A DNA stretch of 64,000 nucleotides from Eledone cirrhosa (taxonomy: Eukaryota): contig OZ024761.1 in NCBI GenBank assembly GCA_964016885.1, positions 11,532,001-11,596,000 of the forward strand, written 5' to 3'. Position 1 is the first letter of the stretch; each line of letters starts with the position of its first letter. Of the stretch, positions 29,283 through 44,000 are shown piece after piece. Made by a program: the position numbers and the translations under genes. A model generated the notes under the pieces. That model was not told the origin of the DNA. It searched no databases and saw only the letters and a program-made list of their open reading frames with translations.

Positions 29283-31823
29283 AATTAACTCCGTACTCGC
29301 ATCACCAACTACACAAATGAAGACGGGTGAGTTGCATTACATTGGGTGCTCTCCATAATATTACATCCAGGTTTACCATACAGAATGACCAGTTCTACCC
29401 AGTGGTGAACCAACAAACCTAAATAATATATATATATGAAAAAGTTAGTCCTTCATCAGTGATCTTCCAACCATCATTGGTATTTCATCGCTTTAAAGAC
29501 CATATACCTCCAGTTGGTGCGAGCAACGGCTAAAAAAAGTCGTTGGGACACGTAAATAAAGGGGACACGAGAGTGTAAACAAACAAAGATGGTGAAGCAA
29601 CGAAAAGTGAGGAAGAAGGCGTCAAGTCCCAAATTTCCATGAATATAAGTTTGGTGAAATCGTGAACGAGAGAGAATAAAAACCATCAAACCTGGTTGGA
29701 ATGTGAGCAAGGAAGGAATTCCGTACGGGTCTTACGGGAGGAAGAAGGCATCTAGTATGAATTCGGTGAACGTAAGTTCTGTGAAATCGTAGACGAGAGA
29801 GAGAAAAAAAGCGACCTGCCTGACCAAGGGTGCGAAAGAAACGAATTACGCACAGGTAAAACGGGAAGAAGGAGGAGGAGAGGTAGTAACAGAGAGTGAG
29901 TGAGTGTGTGTGTGTGTAATCAACAGTGATTATGAATAAACAAAGTTTATTTTAACCTGTTTTGATGTTTATATATATACTCTGGAGTAAACAGACCCAA
30001 TTGTGTATGTCGTCGAGTGCTCTACCCTACATACTGAAGTGTCAGTGATTAACTAACGCATACACTAATTAATTAATACATGCGGTGCCCCAGCATGGCC
30101 TCAGCCTGATGTCTGGAACAGGTAAAAGAGAGATATATATAATTATATATCAGATTATTACTATATATACATTACATATATATATAAGGTCCTTGTAAAT
30201 TTTAATGTTACCTCCGTAATTCTGTGTTTACACTCTTTACAAATTATCTCCTGTAATTGTTTGATGTGTTTATTTTATATATATATAACATTCGACTTTT
30301 AATTTAATGTATATATATATATATATACACACACAGGTAAAGAAGTAACAGAAACACAGGGATGCTTATTAGGATAACACTTCGGAGGAGTAATATATGG
30401 CTGTTGGACTAATTCTATATGTCTGGCTCGTTAGACTTAATATATATATATAAGGAGGTAGCAATTAATTCCTTTGTGTATATACATACACACATATATA
30501 TGTGTATATATATAGAGAGAGAGAGACACACACGGCGGGTTTCTGAATTCTCCGATAACTAAATGTTGGTTTGCTGCGAATCTACAAATAGTTTGGGAAC
30601 TTTAGACATTAATTTCCAAAGATTCTAAGCATTCTAAAAATTAAGAAATAATTAGAGTTTTAAATATTCGTAAGATTTAAATTTGTAACTAATTTTAGTA
30701 AATAAAATTTGTTGCATATCGTGTCTCCTTTGTAAACAACACAGCTCTGCTACCACGCTTGTTATGACTACCTCTCACCACTCCTCCCTCACTTTAACGT
30801 TGTTGACAATTTTATTGGCGCCAGATGACAATTAAGAATTATTAAAATATTATAAATAAATCACATAAAGTCCTTACAATTGCTATTTTTTAAAATCTAT
30901 ATCCGTCTTAACATGTTCTTTATAAACCCATGTAAGCTAATAAGAAGTTTTACTACGTGTAATTTTTTATAAGCTTCTATCGGCGTAAACGTCGGTGATT
31001 CCCCCCTCTCTCTATATATATATGTATAACATTTACTCACTCTCTCTCTCTCTCTCTCACACACACATATATACACATAGCAACATACACATACACTTAT
31101 TTAATGACATATACATGGTAACGTATAGACACATAACATGATAAAATCTCCAGTAAAACAAACCGTTCTGCCGTAAATAACAGCTGGAGCGACCTTGAAT
31201 TACACATTTCACTACCGCAGAAACTGCTAGAAATAGCAGCTAAAACATTCCTCAAATTACACAACGTAGTGTCCGAGAAGATGCAAGAAACAGCAGCCAA
31301 ATCCCTGTCAGATCACACGTCCGACGTCTTGTAAAATGCTAGAAAACCAGTTAAATAACGTATCCTAGTGACTTTAAAAATCCTAGAAATAGTAACGAAA
31401 TTACACACAACCATATATTTAATATATTAGGAAATGCTAGAAATCGCAGCCAAATCTAAATGTAAACATATACACCTCTTATTAAAATTCCCCTTAAATA
31501 TATACTCATTAATAATCGTTATCTACTAAACTTAATACGTATCCCTACAAAATTTCATGAATAAAGATGCATTATTAAAGAAGTTATTAACAAATAAAAT
31601 ATCCAGGGGGGGGGGGGCTAATTGTATAAATATTTATGGTCAAAGGGAAAGAACTGTAAAATATTAGTCTCGACACAGTTACTACTCCTTGTTGCTAAGA
31701 AACCAACCAGCCAACCGACCAGTTGACGGAACGTTCGACCTGCCCAGCCTGTACATGATAGCCAGTAGATAAACCGTTCAACATGACAGCCGATACTACT
31801 ACCATGTTGAACGTGATAGCCAG

Positions 31824-32023
31824 NNNNNNNNNNNNNNNNNNNNNNNNNNNNNNNNNNNNNNNNNNNNNNNNNNNNNNNNNNNNNNNNNNNNNNNNNNNNN
31901 NNNNNNNNNNNNNNNNNNNNNNNNNNNNNNNNNNNNNNNNNNNNNNNNNNNNNNNNNNNNNNNNNNNNNNNNNNNNNNNNNNNNNNNNNNNNNNNNNNNN
32001 NNNNNNNNNNNNNNNNNNNNNNN
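31824..32023. other. Assembly gap (200 N)
   Basis: Run of exactly 200 N, most likely a fixed-size scaffolding spacer. Confidence 0.98.
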
Positions 32024-35000
32024 TAGGGTGCTAAATACCCTGGTATAGATTGTAGAGCTAGTCTAGGGTGCTAAATACTGTGGTATAGATTGTAGAGCTA
32101 GTCTAGGGTGCTAAATACCCTGGTATAGATTGTAGAGCTAGTCTAGGGTGCTAAATACTGTGGTATAGATTGTAGAGCTAGTCTAGGGTGCTAAATACCC
32201 TGGTATAGATTGTAGAGCTAGTCTAGGGTGCTAAATACTGTGGTATAGATTGTAGAGCTAGTCTAGGGTGCTAAATACTGTGGTATAGATTGTAGAGCTA
32301 GTCTAGGGTGCTAAATACTGTGGTATAGATTGTAGAGCTAGTCTAGGGTGCTAAATAGCCTGGTATAGATTGTAGAGCTAGTCTAGGGTGCTAAATACTG
32401 TGGTATAGATTGTAGAGCTAGTCTAGGGTACTAAATACCGTGGTATAGATTGTAGAGCTAGTCTAGGGTACTAAATACCCTGGTATAGATTGTAGAGCTA
32501 GTCTAGGGTGCTAAATACTGTGGTATAGATTGTAGAGCTAGTCTAGGGTACTAAATACCGTGGTATAGATTGTAGAGCTAGTCTAGGGTGCTAAATACTG
32601 TGGTATAGATTGTAGAGCTAGTCTAGGGTACTAAATACCGTGGTATAGATTGTAGAGCTAGTCTAGGGTGCTAAATACTGTGGTATAGATTGTAGAGCTA
32701 GTCTAGGGTGCTAAATACTTTGGTATAGATTGTAGAGCTAGTCTAGGGTGCTAAATACTGTGGTATAGATTGTAGAGCTAGTCTAGGGTACTAAATACCC
32801 TGGTATAGATTGTAGAGCTAGTCTAGGTTGCTAAATACTGTGGTATAGATTGTAGAGCTAGTCTAGGGTGCTAAATACTGTGGTATAGATTGTAGAGCTA
32901 GTCTAGGGTACTAAATACCCTGGTATAGATTGTAGAGCTAGTCTAGGGTGCTAAATACTGTGGTATAGATTGTAGAGCTAGTCTAGGGTGCTAAATACTG
33001 TGGTATAGATTGTAGAGCTAGTCTAGGGTGCTAAATACCGTGGTATAGATTGTAGAGCTAGTCTAGGGTACTAAATACCCTGGTATAGATTGTAGAGCTA
33101 GTCTAGGGTACTAAATACCTGGTATAGATTGCAGAGCTAGTCTAGGGTGCTAAATACTGTGGTATAGATTGTAGAGCTAGTCTAGGGTACTAAATACCCT
33201 GGTATAGATTGTAGAGCTAGTCTAGGGTGCTAAATACTGTGGTATAGATTGTAGAGCTAGTCTAGGGTACTAAATACCGTGGTATAGATTGTAGAGCTAG
33301 TCTAGGGTGCTAAATACCGTGGTATAGATTGTAGAGCTAGTCTAGGGTGCTAAATACCGTGGTATAGATTGTAGAGCTAGTCTAGGGTGCTAAATACCGT
33401 GGTATAGATTGTAGAGCTAGTCTAGGGTGCTAAATACTGTGGTATAGATTGTAGAGCTAGTCTAGGGTGCTAAATACTGTGGTATAGATTGTAGAGCTAG
33501 TCTAGGGTGCTAAATACTGTGGTATAGATTGTAGAGCTAGTCTAGGGTACTAAATACCGTGGTATAGATTGTAGAGCTAGTCTAGGGTACTAAATACCCT
33601 GGTATAGATTGTAGAGCTAGTCTAGGGTGCTAAATACTGTGGTATAGATTGTAGAGCTAGTCTAGGGTACTAAATACCGTGGTATAGATTGTAGAGCTAG
33701 TCTAGGGTACTAAATACCCTGGTATAGATTGTAGAGCTAGTCTAGGGTGCTAAATACTGTGGTATAGATTGTAGAGCTAGTCTAGGGTGCTAAATACTGT
33801 GGTATAGATTGTAGAGCTAGTCTAGGGTGCTAAATACTGTGGTATAGATTGTAGAGCTAGTCTAGGGTACTAAATACCGTGGTATAGATTGTAGAGCTAG
33901 TCTAGGGTACTAAATACCCTGGTATAGATTGTAGAGCTAGTCTAGGGTGCTAAATACTGTGGTATAGATTGTAGAGCTAGTCTAGGGTACTAAATACCGT
34001 GGTATAGATTGTAGAGCTAGTCTAGGGTACTAAATACCCTGGTATAGATTGTAGAGCTAGTCTAGGGTGCTAAATACTGTGGTATAGATTGTAGAGCTAG
34101 TCTAGGGTACTAAATACCGTGGTATAGATTGTAGAGCTAGTCTAGGGTGCTAAATACTGTGGTATAGATTGTAGAGCTAGTCTAGGGTGCTAAATACCCT
34201 GGTATAGATTGTAGAGCTAGTCTAGGGTGCTAAATACTGTGGTATAGATTGTAGAGCTAGTCTATGGTGCTAAATACCCTGGTATAGATTGTAGAGCTAG
34301 TCTACGGTGCTAAATACTGTGGTATAGATTGTAGAGCTCGTCTAGGGTACTAAATACCGTGGTATAGATTGTAGAGCCAGTCTAGGGTACTAAATACCCT
34401 GGTATAGATTGTAGAGCTAGTCTAGGGTGCTAAATACTGTGGTATAGATTGTAGAGCTAGTCTAGGGTACTAAATACCGTGGTATAGATTGTAGAGCTAG
34501 TCTAGGGTGCTAAATACTGTGGTATAGATTGTAGAGCTAGTCTAGGGTACTAAATACCGTGGTATAGATTGTAGAGCTAGTCTAGGGTGCTAAATACTGT
34601 GGTGTAGATTGTAGAGCTAGTCTAGGGTGCTAAATACTGTGGTATAGATTGTAGAGCTAGTCTAGGGTACTAAATACCCTGGTATAGATTGTAGAGCTAG
34701 TCTAGGTTGCTAAATACTGTGGTATAGATTGTAGAGCTAGTCTAGGGTGCTAAATACCTGTGGTATAGATTGTAGAGCTAGTCTAGGGTACTAAATACTG
34801 TGGTATAGATTGTAGAGCTAGTCTAGGGTGCTAAATACCCTGGTATAGATTGTAGAGCTAGTCTAGGGTGCTAAATACTGTGGTATAGATTGTAGAGCTA
34901 GTCTAGGGTGCTAAATACCCTGGTATAGATTGTAGAGCTAGTCTAGGGTGCTAAATACTGTGGTATAGATTGTAGAGCTAGTCTAGGGTGCTAAATACCC

Positions 35001-38000
35001 TGGTATAGATTGTAGAGCTAGTCTAGGGTGCTAAATACTGTGGTATAGATTGTAGAGCTAGTCTAGGGTGCTAAATACCCTGGTATAGATTGTAGAGCTA
35101 GTCTAGGGTGCTAAATACTGTGGTATAGATTGTAGAGCTAGTCTAGTGTGCTAAATACCCTGGTATAGATTGTAGAGCTAGTCTAGGGTGCTAAATACTG
35201 TGGTATAGATTGTAGAGCTAGTCTAGGGTGCTAAATACCCTGGTATAGATTGTAGAGCTAGTCTAGGGTGCTAAATACTGTGGTATAGATTGTAGAGCTA
35301 GTCTAGGGTGCTAAATAGCCTGGTATAGATTGTAGAGCTAGTCTAGGGTGCTAAATACTGTGGTATAGATTGTAGAGCTAGTCTAGGGTACTAAATACCG
35401 TGGTATAGATTGTAGAGCTAGTCTAGGGTACTAAATACCCTGGTATAGATTGTAGAGCTAGTCTAGGGTGCTAAATACTGTGGTATAGATTGTAGAGCTA
35501 GTCTAGGGTACTAAATACCGTGGTATAGATTGTAGAGCTAGTCTAGGATGCTAAATACTGTGGTATAGATTGTAGAGCTAGTCTAGGGTACTAAATACCG
35601 TGGTATAGATTGTAGAGCTAGTCTAGGGTGCTAAATACTGTGGTATAGATTGTAGAGCTAGTCTAGGGTGCTAAATACTTTGGTATAGATTGTAGAGCTA
35701 GTCTAGGGTGCTAAATACTGTGGTATAGATTGTAGAGCTAGTCTAGGGTACTAAATACCCTGGTATAGATTGTAGAGCTAGTCTAGGTTGCTAAATACTG
35801 TGGTATAGATTGTAGAGCTAGTCTAGGGTGCTAAATACTGTGGTATAGATTGTAGAGCTAGTCTAGGGTACTAAATACCCTGGTATAGATTGTAGAGCTA
35901 GTCTAGGGTGCTAAATACTGTGGTATAGATTGTAGAGCTAGTCTAGGGTGCTAAATACTGTGGTATAGATTGTAGAGCTAGTCTAGGGTGCTAAATACCG
36001 TGGTATAGATTGTGGAGCTAGTCTAGGGTACTAAATACCCTGGTATAGATTGTAGAGCTAGTCTAGGGTACTAAATACCCTGGTATAGATTGCAGAGCTA
36101 GTCTAGGGTGCTAAATACTGTGGTATAGATTGTAGAGCTAGTCTAGGGTACTAAATACCCTGGTATAGATTGTAGAGCTAGTCTAGGGTGCTAAATACTG
36201 TGGTATAGATTGTAGAGCTAGTCTAGGGTACTAAATACCGTGGTATAGATTGTAGAGCTAGTCTAGGGTACTAAATACCCTGGTATAGATTGTAGAGCTA
36301 GTCTAGGGTGCTAAATACTGTGGTATAGATTGTAGAGCTAGTCTAGGGTACTAAATACCGTGGTATAGATTGTAGAGCTAGTCTAGGGTGCTAAATACTG
36401 TGGTATAGATTGTAGAGCTAGTCTAGGGTGCTAAATACCCTGGTATAGATTGTAGAGCTAGTCTAGGGTGCTAAATACTGTGGTATAGATTGTAGAGCTA
36501 GTCTATGGTGCTAAATACCCTGGTATAGATTGTAGAGCTAGTCTACGGTGCTAAATACTGTGGTATAGATTGTAGAGCTCGTCTAGGGTACTAAATACCG
36601 TGGTATAGATTGTAGAGCCAGTCTAGGGTACTAAATACCCTGGTATAGATTGTAGAGCTAGTCTAGGGTGCTAAATACTGTGGTATAGATTGTAGAGCTA
36701 GTCTAGGGTACTAAATACCGTGGTATAGATTGTAGAGCTAGTCTAGGGTGCTAAATACTGTGGTATAGATTGTAGAGCTAGTCTAGGGTACTAAATACCC
36801 TGGTATAGATTGTAGAGCTAGTCTAGGTTGCTAAATACTGTGGTATAGATTGTAGAGCTAGTCTAGGGTGCTAAATACTGTGATATAGATTGTAGAGCTA
36901 GTCTAGGGTACTAAATACCCTGGTATAGATTGTAGAGCTAGTCTAGGGTGCTAAATACTGTGGTATAGATTGTAGAGCTAGTCTAGGGTACTAAATACCG
37001 TGGTATAGATTGTAGAGCTAGTCTGGGTACTAAATACCCTGGTATAGATTGCAGAGCTAGTCTAGGGTACTAAATACTGTGGTATAGATTGTAGAGCTAG
37101 TCTAGTGTACTAAATACTGTGGTATAGATTGTAGAGCTAGTCTAGGGTGCTAAATACCCTGGTATAGATTGTAGAGCTAGTCTAGGGTACTAAATACTGT
37201 GGTATAGATTGTAGAGCTAGTCTAGGGTACTAAATACTGTGGTATAGATTGTAGAGCTAGTCTAGGGTACTAAATACTGTGGTATAGATTGTAGAGCTAG
37301 TCTAGGGTGCTAAATACCCTGGTATAGATTGTAGAGCTAGTCTAGGGTGCTAAATACTGTGGTATAGATTGTAGAGCTAGTCTAGGGTGCTAAATACCCT
37401 GGTATAGATTGTAGAGCTAGTCTAGGGTGCTAAATACTGTGGTATAGATTGTAGAGCTAGTCTAGGGTGCTAAATACCCTGGTATAGATTGTAGAGCTAG
37501 TCTAGGGTGCTAAATACTGTGGTATAGATTGTAGAGCTAGTCTAGGGTGCTAAATACCCTGGTATAGATTGTAGAGCTAGTCTAGGGTGCTAAATACTGT
37601 GGTATAGATTGAAGAGCTAGTCTAGTGTGCTAAATACCCTGGTATAGATTGTAGAGCTAGTCTAGGGTGCTAAATACTGTGGTATAGATTGTAGAGCTAG
37701 TCTAGGGTGCTAAATACTGTGGTATAGATTGTAGAGCTAGTCTAGGGTGCTAAATACTGTGGTATAGATTGTAGAGCTAGTCTAGGGTGCTAAATAGCCT
37801 GGTATAGATTGTAGAGCTAGTCTAGGGTGCTAAATACTGTGGTATAGATTGTAGAGCTAGTCTAGGGTACTAAATACCGTGGTATAGATTGTAGAGCTAG
37901 TCTAGGGTACTAAATACCCTGGTATAGATTGTAGAGCTAGTCTAGGGTGCTAAATACTGTGGTATAGATTGTAGAGCTAGTCTAGGGTACTAAATACCGT

Positions 38001-41000
38001 GGTATAGATTGTAGAGCTAGTCTAGGATGCTAAATACTGTGGTATAGATTGTAGAGCTAGTCTAGGGTACTAAATACCGTGGTATAGATTGTAGAGCTAG
38101 TCTAGGGTGCTAAATACTGTGGTATAGATTGTAGAGCTAGTCTAGGGTGCTAAATACTTTGGTATAGATTGTAGAGCTAGTCTAGGGTGCTAAATACTGT
38201 GGTATAGATTGTAGAGCTAGTCTAGGGTACTAAATACCCTGGTATAGATTGTAGAGCTAGTCTAGGTTGCTAAATACTGTGGTATAGATTGTAGAGCTAG
38301 TCTAGGGTGCTAAATACTGTGGTATAGATTGTAGAGCTAGTCTAGGGTACTAAATACCCTGGTATAGATTGTAGAGCTAGTCTAGGGTGCTAAATACTGT
38401 GGTATAGATTGTAGAGCTAGTCTAGGGTGCTAAATACTGTGGTATAGATTGTAGAGCTAGTCTAGGGTGCTAAATACCGTGGTATAGATTGTGGAGCTAG
38501 TCTAGGGTACTAAATACCCTGGTATAGATTGTAGAGCTAGTCTAGGGTACTAAATACCCTGGTATAGATTGCAGAGCTAGTCTAGGGTGCTAAATACTGT
38601 GGTATAGATTGTAGAGCTAGTCTAGGGTACTAAATACCCTGGTATAGATTGTAGAGCTAGTCTAGGGTGCTAAATACTGTGGTATAGATTGTAGAGCTAG
38701 TCTAGGGTACTAAATACCGTGGTATAGATTGTAGAGCTAGTCTAGGGTGCTAAATACCGTGGTATAGATTGTAGAGCTAGTCTAGGGTGCTAAATACCGT
38801 GGTATAGATTGTAGAGCTAGTCTAGGGTGCTAAATACCGTGGTATAGATTGTAGAGCTAGTCTAGGGTGCTAAATACTGTGGTATAGATTGTAGAGCTAG
38901 TCTAGGGTGCTAAATACTGTGGTATAGATTGTAGAGCTAGTCTAGGGTGCTAAATACTGTGGTATAGATTGTAGAGCTAGTCTAGGGTACTAAATACCGT
39001 GGTATAGATTGTAGAGCTAGTCTAGGGTACTAAATACCCTGGTATAGATTGTAGAGCTAGTCTAGGGTGCTAAATACTGTGGTATAGATTGTAGAGCTAG
39101 TCTAGGGTACTAAATACCGTGGTATAGATTGTAGAGCTAGTCTAGGGTACTAAATACCCTGGTATAGATTGTAGAGCTAGTCTAGGGTGCTAAATACTGT
39201 GGTATAGATTGTAGAGCTAGTCTAGGGTGCTAAATACTGTGGTATAGATTGTAGAGCTAGTCTAGGGTGCTAAATACTGTGGTATAGATTGTAGAGATAG
39301 TCTAGGGTACTAAATACCGTGGTATAGATTGTAGAGCTAGTCTAGGGTACTAAATACCCTGGTATAGATTGTAGAGCTAGTCTAGGGTGCTAAATACTGT
39401 GGTATAGATTGTAGAGCTAGTCTAGGGTACTAAATACCGTGGTATAGATTGTAGAGCTAGTCTAGGGTACTAAATACCCTGGTATAGATTGTAGAGCTAG
39501 TCTAGGGTGCTAAATACTGTGGTATAGATTGTAGAGCTAGTCTAGGGTACTAAATACCGTGGTATAGATTGTAGAGCTAGTCTAGGGTGCTAAATACTGT
39601 GGTATAGATTGTAGAGCTAGTCTAGGGTGCTAAATACCCTGGTATAGATTGTAGAGCTAGTCTAGGGTGCTAAATACTGTGGTATAGATTGTAGAGCTAG
39701 TCTATGGTGCTAAATACCCTGGTATAGATTGTAGAGCTAGTCTACGGTGCTAAATACTGTGGTATAGATTGTAGAGCTCGTCTAGGGTACTAAATACCGT
39801 GGTATAGATTGTAGAGCCAGTCTAGGGTACTAAATACCCTGGTATAGATTGTAGAGCTAGTCTAGGGTGCTAAATACTGTGGTATAGATTGTAGAGCTAG
39901 TCTAGGGTACTAAATACCGTGGTATAGATTGTAGAGCTAGTCTAGGGTGCTAAATACTGTGGTATAGATTGTAGAGCTAGTCTAGGGTACTAAATACCGT
40001 GGTATAGATTGTAGAGCTAGTCTAGGGTGCTAAATACTGTGGTGTAGATTGTAGAGCTAGTCTAGGGTGCTAAATACTGTGGTATAGATTGTAGAGCTAG
40101 TCTAGGGTACTAAATACCCTGGTATAGATTGTAGAGCTAGTCTAGGTTGCTAAATACTGTGGTATAGATTGTAGAGCTAGTCTAGGGTGCTAAATACTGT
40201 GGTATAGATTGTAGAGCTAGTCTAGGGTACTAAATACTGTGGTATAGATTGTAGAGCTAGTCTAGGGTGCTAAATACCCTGGTATAGATTGTAGAGCTAG
40301 TCTAGGGTGCTAAATACTGTGGTATAGATTGTAGAGCTAGTCTAGGGTGCTAAATACCCTGGTATAGATTGTAGAGCTAGTCTAGGGTGCTAAATACTGT
40401 GGTATAGATTGTAGAGCTAGTCTAGGGTGCTAAATACCCTGGTATAGATTGTAGAGCTAGTCTAGGGTGCTAAATACTGTGGTATAGATTGTAGAGCTAG
40501 TCTAGGGTGCTAAATACCCTGGTATAGATTGTAGAGCTAGTCTAGGGTGCTAAATACTGTGGTATAGATTGTAGAGCTAGTCTAGTGTGCTAAATACCCT
40601 GGTATAGATTGTAGAGCTAGTCTAGGGTGCTAAATACTGTGGTATAGATTGTAGAGCTAGTCTAGGGTGCTAAATACCCTGGTATAGATTGTAGAGCTAG
40701 TCTAGGGTGCTAAATACTGTGGTATAGATTGTAGAGCTAGTCTAGGGTGCTAAATAGCCTGGTATAGATTGTAGAGCTAGTCTAGGGTGCTAAATACTGT
40801 GGTATAGATTGTAGAGCTAGTCTAGGGTACTAAATACCGTGGTATAGATTGTAGAGCTAGTCTAGGGTACTAAATACCCTGGTATAGATTGTAGAGCTAG
40901 TCTAGGGTGCTAAATACTGTGGTATAGATTGTAGAGCTAGTCTAGGGTACTAAATACCGTGGTATAGATTGTAGAGCTAGTCTAGGATGCTAAATACTGT

Positions 41001-44000
41001 GGTATAGATTGTAGAGCTAGTCTAGGGTACTAAATACCGTGGTATAGATTGTAGAGCTAGTCTAGGGTGCTAAATACTGTGGTATAGATTGTAGAGCTAG
41101 TCTAGGGTGCTAAATACTTTGGTATAGATTGTAGAGCTAGTCTAGGGTGCTAAATACTGTGGTATAGATTGTAGAGCTAGTCTAGGGTACTAAATACCCT
41201 GGTATAGATTGTAGAGCTAGTCTAGGTTGCTAAATACTGTGGTATAGATTGTAGAGCTAGTCTAGGGTGCTAAATACTGTGGTATAGATTGTAGAGCTAG
41301 TCTAGGGTACTAAATACCCTGGTATAGATTGTAGAGCTAGTCTAGGGTGCTAAATACTGTGGTATAGATTGTAGAGCTAGTCTAGGGTGCTAAATACTGT
41401 GGTATAGATTGTAGAGCTAGTCTAGGGTGCTAAATACCGTGGTATAGATTGTGGAGCTAGTCTAGGGTACTAAATACCCTGGTATAGATTGTAGAGCTAG
41501 TCTAGGGTACTAAATACCCTGGTATAGATTGCAGAGCTAGTCTAGGGTGCTAAATACTGTGGTATAGATTGTAGAGCTAGTCTAGGGTACTAAATACCCT
41601 GGTATAGATTGTAGAGCTAGTCTAGGGTGCTAAATACTGTGGTATAGATTGTAGAGCTAGTCTAGGGTACTAAATACCGTGGTATAGATTGTAGAGCTAG
41701 TCTAGGGTGCTAAATACCGTGGTATAGATTGTAGAGCTAGTCTAGGGTGCTAAATACCGTGGTATAGATTGTAGAGCTAGTCTAGGGTGCTAAATACCGT
41801 GGTATAGATTGTAGAGCTAGTCTAGGGTGCTAAATACTGTGGTATAGATTGTAGAGCTAGTCTAGGGTGCTAAATACTGTGGTATAGATTGTAGAGCTAG
41901 TCTAGGGTGCTAAATACTGTGGTATAGATTGTAGAGCTAGTCTAGGGTACTAAATACCGTGGTATAGATTGTAGAGCTAGTCTAGGGTACTAAATACCCT
42001 GGTATAGATTGTAGAGCTAGTCTAGGGTGCTAAATACTGTGGTATAGATTGTAGAGCTAGTCTAGGGTACTAAATACCGTGGTATAGATTGTAGAGCTAG
42101 TCTAGGGTACTAAATACCCTGGTATAGATTGTAGAGCTAGTCTAGGGTGCTAAATACTGTGGTATAGATTGTAGAGCTAGTCTAGGGTGCTAAATACTGT
42201 GGTATAGATTGTAGAGCTAGTCTAGGGTGCTAAATACTGTGGTATAGATTGTAGAGATAGTCTAGGGTACTAAATACCGTGGTATAGATTGTAGAGCTAG
42301 TCTAGGGTACTAAATACCCTGGTATAGATTGTAGAGCTAGTCTAGGGTGCTAAATACTGTGGTATAGATTGTAGAGCTAGTCTAGGGTACTAAATACCGT
42401 GGTATAGATTGTAGAGCTAGTCTAGGGTACTAAATACCCTGGTATAGATTGTAGAGCTAGTCTAGGGTGCTAAATACTGTGGTATAGATTGTAGAGCTAG
42501 TCTAGGGTACTAAATACCGTGGTATAGATTGTAGAGCTAGTCTAGGGTGCTAAATACTGTGGTATAGATTGTAGAGCTAGTCTAGGGTGCTAAATACCCT
42601 GGTATAGATTGTAGAGCTAGTCTAGGGTGCTAAATACTGTGGTATAGATTGTAGAGCTAGTCTATGGTGCTAAATACCCTGGTATAGATTGTAGAGCTAG
42701 TCTACGGTGCTAAATACTGTGGTATAGATTGTAGAGCTCGTCTAGGGTACTAAATACCGTGGTATAGATTGTAGAGCCAGTCTAGGGTACTAAATACCCT
42801 GGTATAGATTGTAGAGCTAGTCTAGGGTGCTAAATACTGTGGTATAGATTGTAGAGCTAGTCTAGGGTACTAAATACCGTGGTATAGATTGTAGAGCTAG
42901 TCTAGGGTGCTAAATACTGTGGTATAGATTGTAGAGCTAGTCTAGGGTACTAAATACCGTGGTATAGATTGTAGAGCTAGTCTAGGGTGCTAAATACTGT
43001 GGTATAGATTGTAGAGCTAGTCTAGGGTGCTAAATACTGTGGTATAGATTGTAGAGCTAGTCTAGGGTACTAAATACCCTGGTATAGATTGTAGAGCTAG
43101 TCTAGGTTGCTAAATACTGTGGTATAGATTGTAGAGCTAGTCTAGGGTGCTAAATACTGTGGTATAGATTGTAGAGCTAGTCTAGGGTACTAAATACCCT
43201 GGTATAGATTGTAGAGCTAGTCTAGGGTGCTAAATACTGTGGTATAGATTGTAGAGCTAGTCTAGGGTACTAAATACCGTGGTATAGATTGTAGAGCTAG
43301 TCTAGGGTACTAAATACCCTGGTATAGATTGCAGAGCTAGTCTAGGGTACTAAATACTGTGGTATAGATTGTAGAGCTAGTCTAGTGTACTAAATACTGT
43401 GGTATAGATTGTAGAGCTAGTCTAGGGTGCTAAATACCCTGGTATAGATTGTAGAGCTAGTCTAGGGTACAAAATACTGTGGTATAGATTGTAGACCTAG
43501 TCTAGGGTACTAAATACTGTGGTATAGATTGTAGAGCTAGTCTAGGGTACTAAATACTGTGGTATAGATTGTAGAGCTAGTCTAGGGTGCTAAATACCCT
43601 GGTATAGATTGTAGAGCTAGTCTAGGGTGCTAAATACTGTGGTATAGATTGTAGAGCTAGTCTAGGGTGCTAAATACCCTGGTATAGATTGTAGAGCTAG
43701 TCTAGGGTGCTAAATACTGTGGTATAGATTGTAGAGCTAGTCTAGGGTGCTAAATACCCTGGTATAGATTGTAGAGCTAGTCTAGGGTGCTAAATACTGT
43801 GGTATAGATTGTAGAGCTAGTCTAGGGTGCTAAATACCCTGGTATAGATTGTAGAGCTAGTCTAGGGTGCTAAATACTGTGGTATAGATTGTAGAGCTAG
43901 TCTAGTGTGCTAAATACCCTGGTATAGATTGTAGAGCTAGTCTAGGGTGCTAAATACTGTGGTATAGATTGTAGAGCTAGTCTAGGGTGCTAAATACCCT

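Noticed and set aside
31783-32034. 83-aa ORF
   Set aside because: Artefact of translating through the N gap.
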